A stretch of DNA of 62,672 nucleotides from the IMG/VR virus record IMGVR_UViG_3300028590_000016, positions 1-62,672 of that record; one strand, written 5' to 3'. Positions within the stretch are counted from its first letter, which is position 1, and each line of letters starts with the position of its first letter. Origin of the DNA: a virus. Lineage: Duplodnaviria > Caudoviricetes. Under the pieces are notes generated by a model. It did not search any database and was not told where the DNA came from. It was given only the letters and a program-made list of their open reading frames with translations. Made by a program: the position numbers and the translations under genes. Of the stretch, positions 38,048-45,931 are shown in pieces.

Positions 38048-38088
38048 AGACTAGTCCGTACTTACGCGCCTGTCAATAGGCAATCCTA
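38048..38088 (-). promoter_or_regulatory. Sigma70-like promoter with adjacent TAGG-N4-CCTA operator
   Basis: TTGACA-17-TAGTCT (38076 to 38048); operator 38077-38088. Confidence 0.72.
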
Positions 38089-38349
38089 CTATTTTTCGAC
38101 TTTCTTTTCTTGCCATTCCTCGCAGCCTTTCGGCAGGCTATCGCTGTGGCCTTCGGCGCAACCAGCAGCCTCGTATTCCTCGCCGTGGCCGCTGGCTTTG
38201 CAGTAGTGCTCGCACGTCCTACAGGCGTGTACAGCGGCATTCGCGAAGCATCTGGCGATGTGGCTCTCCGCTGAAGCACGCTTTGAATGCCCGCGATGGC
38301 AATACGGGCAGACGAAACGTATTACGCGAATCTCGATCGGCACCCTCAT
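38089..38349 (-). CDS. Cys-rich Zn-finger protein
   Basis: CPYC..H...C..N....ACRTCEH. Confidence 0.65.
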   Translation of the reverse strand: MRVPIEIRVIRFVCPYCHRGHSKRASAESHIARCFANAAVHACRTCEHYCKASGHGEEYEAAGCAEGHSDSLPKGCEEWQEKKVEK

Positions 38350-39242
38350 CAAACCCTCGCGAAAGTCAGCGCCCAAACCCAAGGGTTCGCAGCCCATGCG
38401 CAGGATTCGTCCCAGCCGTCGCGAACCATGCGATGCGGGTAGCCGTGTTCGCCTAAGCGAGCCGGGCGATAGTTCGGCTTTCTGCCGTTGATAGAGTCCC
38501 ACAACGCGCTAAATGCTTCTTTCGCCGAGCGATCCAAGTGCTTGGTTTCCGCACCTTTCTTCGGCTCTATCATCCACGCTGGCGCGTGCTCGCCAATCGC
38601 CTGTTGGTGGATTAGTCGGCCATCGCCGAAATCTCGGTACCCCTGCCACCACGGCCCAGGGAATGAACTTGCCTTACACCCCTCTGCAGCCGAGTCTTCC
38701 TCGCTGATATCCTGCACGTGCTGCAATCGCACGTCGGTGATTTCGAGCGTGATGCGGGACGCCCAGCGCGGCATGAACAGCGGCGACACATTGCCACGCT
38801 CCGCTGCTTTCGGCATCGTCCATTCTTCTGGTAAATCGACGTCTTCCCAGTCCTCGCTATGGCCGTCTGCCGCGTACTTGATCGACACCGCGTCGCAGTC
38901 GCAAGCGTTCATTCCATGCGAATGTATGATGTTCGGGCGCCAAGTCTCTTTCACCCATAGCCTCGTTCCGATTCGGCCGTATGGGCAGAAGTCCTGAGCG
39001 ACAATCCGATTCGCTTCCTCAATTGAGAAAGGACCGCCGCTGTGGCTGGCGTGAACCCCACGGATCGGTTTCGTGAAGCTGACGCTCCATCCAACCAAGC
39101 CGTCATGCTCACGAAATTCCAGATTTTCGATAGGGGCACAGCGGCGCGTTTGCACCTTTTGGCCGGCGATAATCGCGCGCACCATCGGCGCGCTGAAAAG
39201 GATTGGACGCTCACGCGGCGCCTCGATATCGGCCTTGATCAT
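38349..39242 (-). CDS. ASCH/PUA-like phage protein
   Basis: RPILFSAPMVRAI.AG.K.QTRR, CPYG, LWVKETW, MPRWASRITLEIT.VR, W.ANPWVW. Confidence 0.82.
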   Translation of the reverse strand: MIKADIEAPRERPILFSAPMVRAIIAGQKVQTRRCAPIENLEFREHDGLVGWSVSFTKPIRGVHASHSGGPFSIEEANRIVAQDFCPYGRIGTRLWVKETWRPNIIHSHGMNACDCDAVSIKYAADGHSEDWEDVDLPEEWTMPKAAERGNVSPLFMPRWASRITLEITDVRLQHVQDISEEDSAAEGCKASSFPGPWWQGYRDFGDGRLIHQQAIGEHAPAWMIEPKKGAETKHLDRSAKEAFSALWDSINGRKPNYRPARLGEHGYPHRMVRDGWDESCAWAANPWVWALTFARV

Positions 39243-39427
39243 TTCGCGGCCTCGCGCTTCGGCGCATAGACGTGGCGGTGATCGCGCTGGAACTCCACGA
39301 CAGGGATTCGGCGCAACGGCCCCAGATGCCCGCGCAGTTGCGACCTCACGTAGACGTGTGACGCATCGGACTCGACCACAATGCAGCGGCCACGCTCGCA
39401 TGTCCAGCAGGAGCCTTTGGCGATCAT
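39239..39427 (-). CDS. Hypothetical protein
   Basis: Coupled ORF. Confidence 0.55.
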   Translation of the reverse strand: MIAKGSCWTCERGRCIVVESDASHVYVRSQLRGHLGPLRRIPVVEFQRDHRHVYAPKREAAK

Positions 39428-39744
39428 GGCGCATCCTCCGGTAGTGAGGCTATCGCGCGGTCGTAGAGCGCCAGAATGTCGGCATGCGTAGTTTCTGGGT
39501 AGTCGTTATACGTGGAGATTCCCCCCTTGGTAGGAACAAACCAAGATAAGCGAATTAGGGTCCGCTCAGCATCCGAAGGGTATGCTGCGTGCACAGCACC
39601 TATCGCGCACCAGCAAACTGCGCTGCGGCTGTTCGGTGTGACACTTTCTCCGTCCTTGTCGCGGGCATACTTGCCCTTCGTCCAGCACTCCGGCCGCTCA
39701 ATCTTCGCCCGAGCCGCAATCAGGATTTCGCGGGTGGTGGTCAT
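39424..39744 (-). CDS. DUF6197-like protein
   Basis: REILIAAR..I...WTKG..AR, CWCAIGA, YND...TH..ILALYDRAI. Confidence 0.7.
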   Translation of the reverse strand: MTTTREILIAARAKIERPECWTKGKYARDKDGESVTPNSRSAVCWCAIGAVHAAYPSDAERTLIRLSWFVPTKGGISTYNDYPETTHADILALYDRAIASLPEDAP

Positions 39745-40022
39745 GTGTTTCTCCGGAACAATGCAACTACGAAGGTCTTAACCCAGATCAACGCGAGTCG
39801 CAGAGGGCCTTTCAGTCTCTGCAACCTATGGCGGTCAGACTCCGCGCCCGAATCAGTTCGAGCCTCGAAATATCTTGCGTCCCGACCGCAATCACTGATT
39901 CTGCACACCGATGTGAAAGGATAGGTGCCATCGGGGCGACGAACGCTGGGGTGGTAACACCTCGCATATTGTGGTTCCCGCCTTTCGGAATGCCGACAGT
40001 CAGGGCAAAACTTGAGGCTCAC
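39741..40022 (-). CDS. Hypothetical Cys-rich protein
   Basis: CPDCRH; CGRDARYFE. Confidence 0.6.
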   Translation of the reverse strand: MSLKFCPDCRHSERREPQYARCYHPSVRRPDGTYPFTSVCRISDCGRDARYFEARTDSGAESDRHRLQRLKGPLRLALIWVKTFVVALFRRNT

Positions 40023-40318
40023 GTCGAGTCTCCACGAGCGCGAGCAAGCGCCGCGCGTGCCGTTTTAGTCCAGCAGTTGTCGACTGCTTCGCCATCGTCG
40101 ATCGCCTGAACCAGTTCCGCCAATTCGCGGTAAAGTATGGGAGCCTCTACGATGAGTGCGGCGTCTTCCGGTTTGATCTGGATATCCGCACCACCATCGC
40201 GCAGCGCGTACGCATACACCACATCCCCGGCTTTGCCTGTGACGTCCGACGACAGACGGCGAACTGAATTGCTCGTCCACCATCGCCATGGGCCGGGCGT
40301 GAAATTCTCGGTCATCAC
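40019..40318 (-). CDS. Hypothetical protein (TPGPW family)
   Basis: TPGPW.WWTSNS; DAALI..AP. Confidence 0.7.
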   Translation of the reverse strand: MMTENFTPGPWRWWTSNSVRRLSSDVTGKAGDVVYAYALRDGGADIQIKPEDAALIVEAPILYRELAELVQAIDDGEAVDNCWTKTARAALARARGDST

Positions 40319-40662
40319 GTGTCTCCTTCTAGGGTTTGCAATGCCGCACGGACGCGCTCAAACAATGCCTCCTTGCGCTGCTCCGACCATGCCTGCCAAA
40401 GCTTGTGTTCGGCACGGCGTTCGTCCTCACTGAGCATTGCTACAGCACTCGGATCTTTGCCCGGCCGCAGCCGCCCCGTTTCCGCGTAGTATTCGTCCGC
40501 CAGATGTTCCCACTGTTCGACCGAGTTACGCGCGAAATCGCGTCCCAAGCCGAACCAGTCGGCGACGTCCTGCAGAACTGTTTGTGCATCGGTTGCCACA
40601 TTCTTCCCCTCTCTGTAGTGACTCCAATCCTGCCGCCTCGAAAAGCGGCAGGCATAGGTCAC
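40315..40662 (-). CDS. Hypothetical protein
   Basis: Coupled ORF; YAETG...PGKD. Confidence 0.6.
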   Translation of the reverse strand: MTYACRFSRRQDWSHYREGKNVATDAQTVLQDVADWFGLGRDFARNSVEQWEHLADEYYAETGRLRPGKDPSAVAMLSEDERRAEHKLWQAWSEQRKEALFERVRAALQTLEGDT

Positions 40663-41267
40663 TTCTGATTTTCTATGTCAGTCAGCCCATCCACAGCGTT
40701 GACCAAATTCCCGCCGACTGAAACTGCACTGCATGCATACCCGCCGCGCGCAACTCGCAGCCATCCCTCGTATGTAGCCGTCTCGCCGCCGAACGCGCTC
40801 GCCTTGTTGTCGACTAGCCATTGCGCGAGTTTTTCCGGCGTCTCGAATGCGGGGCTGATTGGCGTGCCTTCGGATGTGTCCTCGTACATCATGAAGTGCG
40901 TGCGTTCCGCTTCCGGCCAATCCGGCATGTAGTGCTCCGGTTTTGGCTGATCTGGACATTCGCCCGCCCACCACGTGTATGGCGGCCTACCGCGAGGCGC
41001 ACGGCCATTGCGCGCGGCATCCGCTATCGCTTCTTCGATAGTCCATGTCTCGTCGCTGTGTCTGCGCACCTTCTTTTCCTTGCGCCACAACTGCAATCCA
41101 GCCATCCATTTCGGCAGATGTTCGGTGCGCCATTCGTGCAAGGCCACTGCGTGGCTCTTGTCGAGCATCGGGATATAGCGGCCAACCGCCGTGGGGAACG
41201 GGGCATTGTCTGCGGTATACTTTGGGTGCTGCCAGTTCGCCGGCACCTTACGCACTTCTCTGCCCAC
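40659..41267 (-). CDS. Conserved phage hypothetical protein
   Basis: MGREVRKVP.NW.HP, YEDTSEGTPISP.F.TPE.LA.WL. Confidence 0.75.
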   Translation of the reverse strand: MGREVRKVPANWQHPKYTADNAPFPTAVGRYIPMLDKSHAVALHEWRTEHLPKWMAGLQLWRKEKKVRRHSDETWTIEEAIADAARNGRAPRGRPPYTWWAGECPDQPKPEHYMPDWPEAERTHFMMYEDTSEGTPISPAFETPEKLAQWLVDNKASAFGGETATYEGWLRVARGGYACSAVSVGGNLVNAVDGLTDIENQK

Positions 41268-41276
41268 TTCGTTCTC

Positions 41277-41447
41277 CTAGCCTGGGTAGTTGTTGTGGCG
41301 GTATGCGACCCGCTCGATGCGTTCCAGAATCTTGGCCGCAACTTCTACTGCTTGATCGGCAATCGCATCCGGGCCTGAGTTCCATGCCACCGCAGGGCAG
41401 CGCAGAACTGCCGCCGACAGGTGCACAAGTTGATCTTCGCGGGTCAT
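41277..41447 (-). CDS. Small hypothetical protein
   Basis: 56 aa ORF filling the gap between genes. Confidence 0.5.
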   Translation of the reverse strand: MTREDQLVHLSAAVLRCPAVAWNSGPDAIADQAVEVAAKILERIERVAYRHNNYPG

Positions 41448-41449
41448 GG

Positions 41450-41785
41450 CTAACGTATCCCGTGATCAATGATCACCGGCCCGTCTTCCGTCTCGCCGTA
41501 GTTCAGGTGCAGCCATTCATAGCAGCCATCGGCTGAGTTTCGCGTCGCCGGGCTGACGCGCAACCAGTGCTTGAGTTGTTTGATACGCTCCTTATGATCC
41601 TCGGCTGGTTCCCACCCCTCTTTTGAGCCGCTTGTTGGTATCAGAACAGAGCGAGTGCCATTGATGCCCCACTCCGGCTGATCCATGACTTCCAGTCCGA
41701 GGCGCATGGCCTCGCCGACGACTTCGGCAAAGACGCCTTCGCCATCCGTCGTGATCAGCAGTGCGTTATGGATGATCGTTCCCAT
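41450..41785 (-). CDS. Hypothetical protein
   Basis: GSKEGW; AAGGAG before ATG. Confidence 0.7.
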   Translation of the reverse strand: MGTIIHNALLITTDGEGVFAEVVGEAMRLGLEVMDQPEWGINGTRSVLIPTSGSKEGWEPAEDHKERIKQLKHWLRVSPATRNSADGCYEWLHLNYGETEDGPVIIDHGIR

Positions 41786-41787
41786 CG

Positions 41788-42045
41788 TTACTCTCCTTTG
41801 GCCGCAGTCATGAAATCGCGCGCATCGTCGAGGTAATGCATCGCCGCATCGATTGAGCTAACTACGTTGGCATGACCCCACGCCAGTTCGTGCATGACGT
41901 GCTGCGTGGCAAGGAGGGCACTTCCGACTTCTACCGCCCGCTTCGCTTCATACAACGCGTTGCGCATCGTCTCGATCGCGGCTTTCAGGTTGCGGCGCGC
42001 GTTGGCTTCAAGACGCTCAACGGCCACCTTCTCAGCTTCGTTCAC
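41788..42045 (-). CDS. Hypothetical protein
   Basis: Coupled ORF. Confidence 0.6.
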   Translation of the reverse strand: MNEAEKVAVERLEANARRNLKAAIETMRNALYEAKRAVEVGSALLATQHVMHELAWGHANVVSSIDAAMHYLDDARDFMTAAKGE

Positions 42046-42416
42046 GGGACGTCGCCTCCCGAAAGCTCGCGAATCTTGTCATCAATAACCGCAAGCTCGT
42101 GAGCAAAGCGCAGTTCCATCGCGGCCCGCATGCCCTTGTAGGCCAGCAGTTCGGTAGAATAGAGCGCGATGCCGTTTTGTGACCCGCTGCCGTCACGAGT
42201 CTTCTTGCGTAGGCCGTGAGACACACATGTACTCCATGCAGGATCGACGCACCGCGAATAGGCGTTGAACACATAGCCGCTGGTTTCTCTGGATGTGCCT
42301 CCGGCCGGCTTCGGAACATCCGGAGCAACCGGCGCCGTCCACCGCAGCGCGCGATAGATACGCAATTCATTGCGAACGTCTTCGAATTCCTTGCGCTCGG
42401 CTTTCGTCATTGCCAT
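42042..42416 (-). CDS. Conserved phage hypothetical protein
   Basis: ALRWT..V.PDVP.P; SQ..I.LYST. Confidence 0.7.
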   Translation of the reverse strand: MAMTKAERKEFEDVRNELRIYRALRWTAPVAPDVPKPAGGTSRETSGYVFNAYSRCVDPAWSTCVSHGLRKKTRDGSGSQNGIALYSTELLAYKGMRAAMELRFAHELAVIDDKIRELSGGDVP

Positions 42417-42442
42417 TTCGAATCCTCTTGATGGTCAACACG

Positions 42443-42480
42443 ACCGATCTAGCGCACTCCGGGGAATGCGCTAGGGCGGG
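42443..42480 (-). repeat. CCCGCC-hairpin-ATCGGT element, copy 1
   Basis: CTAGCGCA/TGCGCTAG stem; same flanks as 43050-43085. Confidence 0.55.
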
Positions 42481-42758
42481 GTGCTGGGCTTCACCCACAA
42501 CTCGTACACGAACGCCCCATGCAGGTCTTTCAGGTAGCTGGTGTTCCGAAGAATCTCGTAGTCGGCGATCCCGTGCGCGGCGCACCACGCCTTGATCTTG
42601 CGCCGCAGCTCCCATCCATTCTCGCGGCCGGTGTAGCCGAGGTCGCCGGGAATGTGCCCGTAGCTCGCCATGCATGCGAACTCAAGCACGTAGCCGCGCG
42701 CTCGAAGGCTAGCTTCGACGCGATCCCACCTCAGGCTGCCGTCGTAATGGCGCATCAT
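42471..42758 (-). CDS. Hypothetical protein
   Basis: Coupled ORF. Confidence 0.6.
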   Translation of the reverse strand: MMRHYDGSLRWDRVEASLRARGYVLEFACMASYGHIPGDLGYTGRENGWELRRKIKAWCAAHGIADYEILRNTSYLKDLHGAFVYELWVKPSTPP

Positions 42759-43027
42759 TTCGCCCCGCGAAGTGCAGCCGCGAGCGCCATGCCGCGAAGC
42801 CCGCGAACAACTTCGTTTATGCCGCTCAGGCGCCCGAGTTCCGCGCGGTCGTCTGGATGGACGAATGCCCGCTTGTAGCCGGCGTGTTGCTCGATCCGGA
42901 GCCGAATGCCTTGGCGCCTCAGTTCAGCCGCTTCTCTCTCCTGCGCTTCGTCGCACAAGTCGCCCCAACACGGCCAGCGAACGCCGCCGATCGTCCGATA
43001 CGAGTCTGTCTGATGCTTAGTCGGCAT
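42755..43027 (-). CDS. Hypothetical protein
   Basis: GAGGA before ATG. Confidence 0.6.
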   Translation of the reverse strand: MPTKHQTDSYRTIGGVRWPCWGDLCDEAQEREAAELRRQGIRLRIEQHAGYKRAFVHPDDRAELGRLSGINEVVRGLRGMALAAALRGAK

Positions 43028-43049
43028 GATCCTCTGTCCATCCAATAAG

Positions 43050-43085
43050 ACCGATGCAGCGCCCTCTCGAAGGCGCTGTGGCGGG
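43050..43085 (-). repeat. CCCGCC-hairpin-ATCGGT element, copy 2
   Basis: CAGCGCC/GGCGCTG stem. Confidence 0.55.
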
Positions 43086-43096
43086 TTACTACGCGA

Positions 43097-43276
43097 TCAG
43101 TTGTCGTAGCGGCCAACAACTTCATGTCCGCATTCCGGGCAATTGCAATAGCGGTGCAGTGTTGCTCGGTTTCTCCACCCCTCGGCGTCTTTTGCGAAGA
43201 ACCTGCACCCGCAGCCATTGCACAGGTATTCGTACTCAGTCGCCGGAAATTCTGCGCCGTGTTCTACAACCCTCAT
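43097..43276 (-). CDS. Small Zn-ribbon protein
   Basis: 59 aa; CNGCGC.F..CPECG; AAGGAG upstream. Confidence 0.65.
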   Translation of the reverse strand: MRVVEHGAEFPATEYEYLCNGCGCRFFAKDAEGWRNRATLHRYCNCPECGHEVVGRYDN

Positions 43277-43277
43277 T

Positions 43278-43523
43278 TCATTTCTCCTTCAGGAACTTCG
43301 CGATGGCCGAAAGCATGGCCGAATCGACGATGTTGCCGGGATCAAGCGGCCTGTGGTTACTGATGACGGTCCCATCCTTCATCAAATGGCAGGATCGCTG
43401 CGATAGGTCCAGATACGCCTTCTCGCGACCCTGCGCCAGAAAAGAAACATCGAAGTATCCGGCGTAGCTGTCTGGGCGCTCCGTGATGATGACTTGCATG
43501 TGGTGTTCCTTGATTGCGGCCAT
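43278..43523 (-). CDS. Hypothetical protein (start may be 43499)
   Basis: ORF in early operon. Confidence 0.55.
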   Translation of the reverse strand: MAAIKEHHMQVIITERPDSYAGYFDVSFLAQGREKAYLDLSQRSCHLMKDGTVISNHRPLDPGNIVDSAMLSAIAKFLKEK

Positions 43524-43540
43524 CCTTGGCCGGGTGGTGG

Positions 43541-43711
43541 TTACTGCGGCTGTCGAGCTTTGTTCGCCTTGGCGACCCGCGCATCGGCTTCATCTGATTT
43601 CTTTCTTAGCCAAGCGGCCACCCGAAGGCAGGCTTCTGCGTCTTCCGCATCCTGGCTGATTTCCAGCCATTGAGCGGCAAGAAACATGTCGTTTGAGCTT
43701 GGGGTTTTCAT
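43541..43711 (-). CDS. Small hypothetical protein
   Basis: 56 aa; AAQWL..C.RVAAWL; GAGGGA upstream. Confidence 0.6.
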   Translation of the reverse strand: MKTPSSNDMFLAAQWLEISQDAEDAEACLRVAAWLRKKSDEADARVAKANKARQPQ

Positions 43712-43755
43712 CTTCGCTTCCCTCGCAAGAGCCGTCCGTGGCGCGGTTGGATTGA

Positions 43756-44112
43756 TTACTTCAGGCCGGCGATAGCTTCATGCGCCATGCGAATGGCCGT
43801 GTCGCGATCGGTTGGATGCAGCGTGTGGAAGACCGGCAGGACTTCAGTCAGGTACTTGAGCGCTTCGGCCATGCCCTGAGCAGCGAGAACGAGGCGCACA
43901 TTGGCGCTGGCTTCGTCGATCCAGTTGTCGCGCTCATCGAGACGCATCGTCTGCGACGAAAACTCGCCGATGTAAATCGATTCCGGCGCCATCACCAGAT
44001 GGCCTTTCTCGTCGAGCGTAGGTTCGGCGTCGCCCGTATAGATCACGAACGGCGCGGCCGTGAAACCGGTATGCCAAGCGCGCCATTGACCTTGCGTGTG
44101 CTGACCCTTCAT
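43756..44112 (-). CDS. Hypothetical protein, first gene of leftward operon (HT.G.W family)
   Basis: HTQGQW..ANVRLVLAA. Confidence 0.7.
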   Translation of the reverse strand: MKGQHTQGQWRAWHTGFTAAPFVIYTGDAEPTLDEKGHLVMAPESIYIGEFSSQTMRLDERDNWIDEASANVRLVLAAQGMAEALKYLTEVLPVFHTLHPTDRDTAIRMAHEAIAGLK

Positions 44113-44152
44113 GTCGGTCCCCTTTTGACGGTCGTTCGGTGACCGTGGGTGA

Positions 44153-44181
44153 ACATTAGGTCAACCTACGCTGCGTGTCAA
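44153..44181 (-). promoter_or_regulatory. Leftward early promoter (pL-like) with operator
   Basis: TTGACA-17-TAATGT; TAGG-TCAA-CCTA at 44157-44168. Confidence 0.8.
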
Positions 44182-44223
44182 CAACTATTTTCGAGTTCGG
44201 CGAAATTGAACTGGCTTGACCAG

Positions 44224-44252
44224 TTGACAGTCTACTGAGGCGGGCCTAGCAT
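44224..44252 (+). promoter_or_regulatory. Rightward early promoter (pR-like)
   Basis: TTGACA-17-TAGCAT; GAGG-CGGG-CCTA operator variant. Confidence 0.78.
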
Positions 44253-44258
44253 CGCGGC

Positions 44259-44486
44259 ATGACCAATCGAAAACCGAAGATTCCACCGCCCGGAATGCGG
44301 GAACCAACCGATGGCGAAGTCATTGATGCGATTGGCGGAACGTTCGCCACTGCAAGGCTTTGTCGATGCCAACCGCCGTCTGTGAGCGAGTGGCGTATCC
44401 GAGGCATACCGGACGCGCGACGCATGTTCTTGCGGTTAGCCCGGCCTAAAGCATTCGCGTTCGTCCCGATCCGCGGTGACGCATGA
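44259..44486 (+). CDS. cro: Cro-like HTH repressor (probably near-leaderless)
   Basis: IDAIGGT...ARLC...PPSVSEWR..GIP.AR..FL. Confidence 0.82.
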   Translation: MTNRKPKIPPPGMREPTDGEVIDAIGGTFATARLCRCQPPSVSEWRIRGIPDARRMFLRLARPKAFAFVPIRGDA

Positions 44487-44674
44487 TGCCGTTCCCAATG
44501 CCGCCCGGACCTCCGCCCGCTAACGCTCAGCGATGGGCTGCATGTCGCCGTGAGGACAAGCGCAAAGTCCAGAGGAATGCGCAGGCAATCCGCGACTGCT
44601 GGCTCTTAGCTATGGGCGCGATATGTGGTTGCGCCATCACCATGTTCAGCATAGTGGCCGTCATCGCACGCTGA
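44483..44674 (+). CDS. Small membrane protein
   Basis: C-terminal hydrophobic helix. Confidence 0.55.
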   Translation: MMPFPMPPGPPPANAQRWAACRREDKRKVQRNAQAIRDCWLLAMGAICGCAITMFSIVAVIAR

Positions 44675-44703
44675 ACCGTGCGAAACGCCCGAACAACTTC
44701 ACA

Positions 44704-44765
44704 GCGCACCGCTAACGCCGGAGTAGCTACCGGTGGACAACCCGAGTCCTACGGGCTGCGTGCGC
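44704..44765 (+). other. Intergenic structured element with GCCGGAGTAGC hairpin
   Basis: GCGCAC/GTGCGC closing stem plus two hairpins. Confidence 0.45.
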
Positions 44766-44795
44766 AACTTCCAAGGACCATAGGAAGCCTGCCAC

Positions 44796-45047
44796 ATGAA
44801 CAAAATCCCTTCGCCCCCCGGTGAAATGCCCGAAGCTAGACGACTTCGGCAGCTTGAGCACATCCGCGCTGCAATAGCCGAGTGCGACCGTGAGCACACG
44901 CCCGAGCAAATCGCGGCGGCTGAAGCTCACCTAGAGCCATGGCGAACGCGTGTGAAAGCACGCGTCATGAGCGCATACCATCGCCGCCGTATTCCCGCTT
45001 GCCTCGTCAAGATCGCCTTCCGTGTCCTTGGGCTGAGGTCTGCCTGA
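44796..45047 (+). CDS. Hypothetical protein
   Basis: Coupled to replication gene. Confidence 0.55.
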   Translation: MNKIPSPPGEMPEARRLRQLEHIRAAIAECDREHTPEQIAAAEAHLEPWRTRVKARVMSAYHRRRIPACLVKIAFRVLGLRSA

Positions 45048-45931
45048 TGGCCTGCGATTGGATCAAGATGCGGACTGACCTCTATCGTGATCCGAAGGTA
45101 TGTCTGATCGCTGAAATTTTGGACTCCGGCGATGGGCAGCTTGCGCGTTACGTGAACCAAAACACAGGGTGTGACATGAGTGTAACGCGTAACGTAACGC
45201 GTAACGCGACCGTTGGTGCGCTCGTAACGGTATGGGGTGTTATGAGGTTGCGCGGAAAGCGCAACGGTGACGATCTTGTGTGCCAAATGGCGACGATTGA
45301 AGTGCTTGATGACATCGCCGACCTGCCTGGTTTCGGTTCCGCCATGGCCTCTGTAGGGTGGGTTGTTGAGACTGAAACGGGGGTAACTTTCCCGCGCTTT
45401 TTCGAGGACTACAACGTTGATCCCGCTGAAAAAACCCCATCTTCCGCTGCTGAGCGCCAGCGCCGATATCGGGACCGCCTGAAGCAAGCTTTGGCGGCGT
45501 CACAAGGTGGCGTAACGCGTGACGATTCAGTGGACTGCGTTAGTAACGTAACGCGTGACGTAACGTTACGCTCTAGAGAAGAGAAGAGAAGAGAAGAGAA
45601 AGAAGATAAAAAGACTTCCTCATCGGCTTCGCCGAATCGGCGCCAAAACCGGTTGGAAGACCCTCCTGGATTCGTCGAGTTCTGGTCTGCGTATCCACGC
45701 AGCAGCGGACGCAAGGATGCCGCGAAAGCTTGGGCGAAGCTCGCACCAGATGCGGCTATGCAGAAAATCATCATGGCCGCTGTGGCGAAGCAAACGCAGT
45801 CAGATGACTGGCGCAGCGATGGGGGCAAGTACATCCCGCATGCGTCGACTTGGATCAATGGCGAGCGCTGGAACGATGGCCTGTTCCGACAACAACCCCA
45901 CGAACTCCCCGAACACTTGCAGGGCATCTGA
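45047..45931 (+). CDS. Replication initiator (lambda O-analogous)
   Basis: DWIKMR.DL..DPKV; AERQRRYR; F.EFWSAYPR..K..A.KAW; YIPHASTWIN..RW.D. Confidence 0.85.
   Translation: MACDWIKMRTDLYRDPKVCLIAEILDSGDGQLARYVNQNTGCDMSVTRNVTRNATVGALVTVWGVMRLRGKRNGDDLVCQMATIEVLDDIADLPGFGSAMASVGWVVETETGVTFPRFFEDYNVDPAEKTPSSAAERQRRYRDRLKQALAASQGGVTRDDSVDCVSNVTRDVTLRSREEKRREEKEDKKTSSSASPNRRQNRLEDPPGFVEFWSAYPRSSGRKDAAKAWAKLAPDAAMQKIIMAAVAKQTQSDDWRSDGGKYIPHASTWINGERWNDGLFRQQPHELPEHLQGI
45182..45614 (+). repeat. Putative origin: GTAACG(C) iteron clusters and AGAGA tract inside the initiator gene
   Basis: GTAACG/GTGACG arrays at 45182-45208 and 45512-45570; purine tract 45575-45614. Confidence 0.65.
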
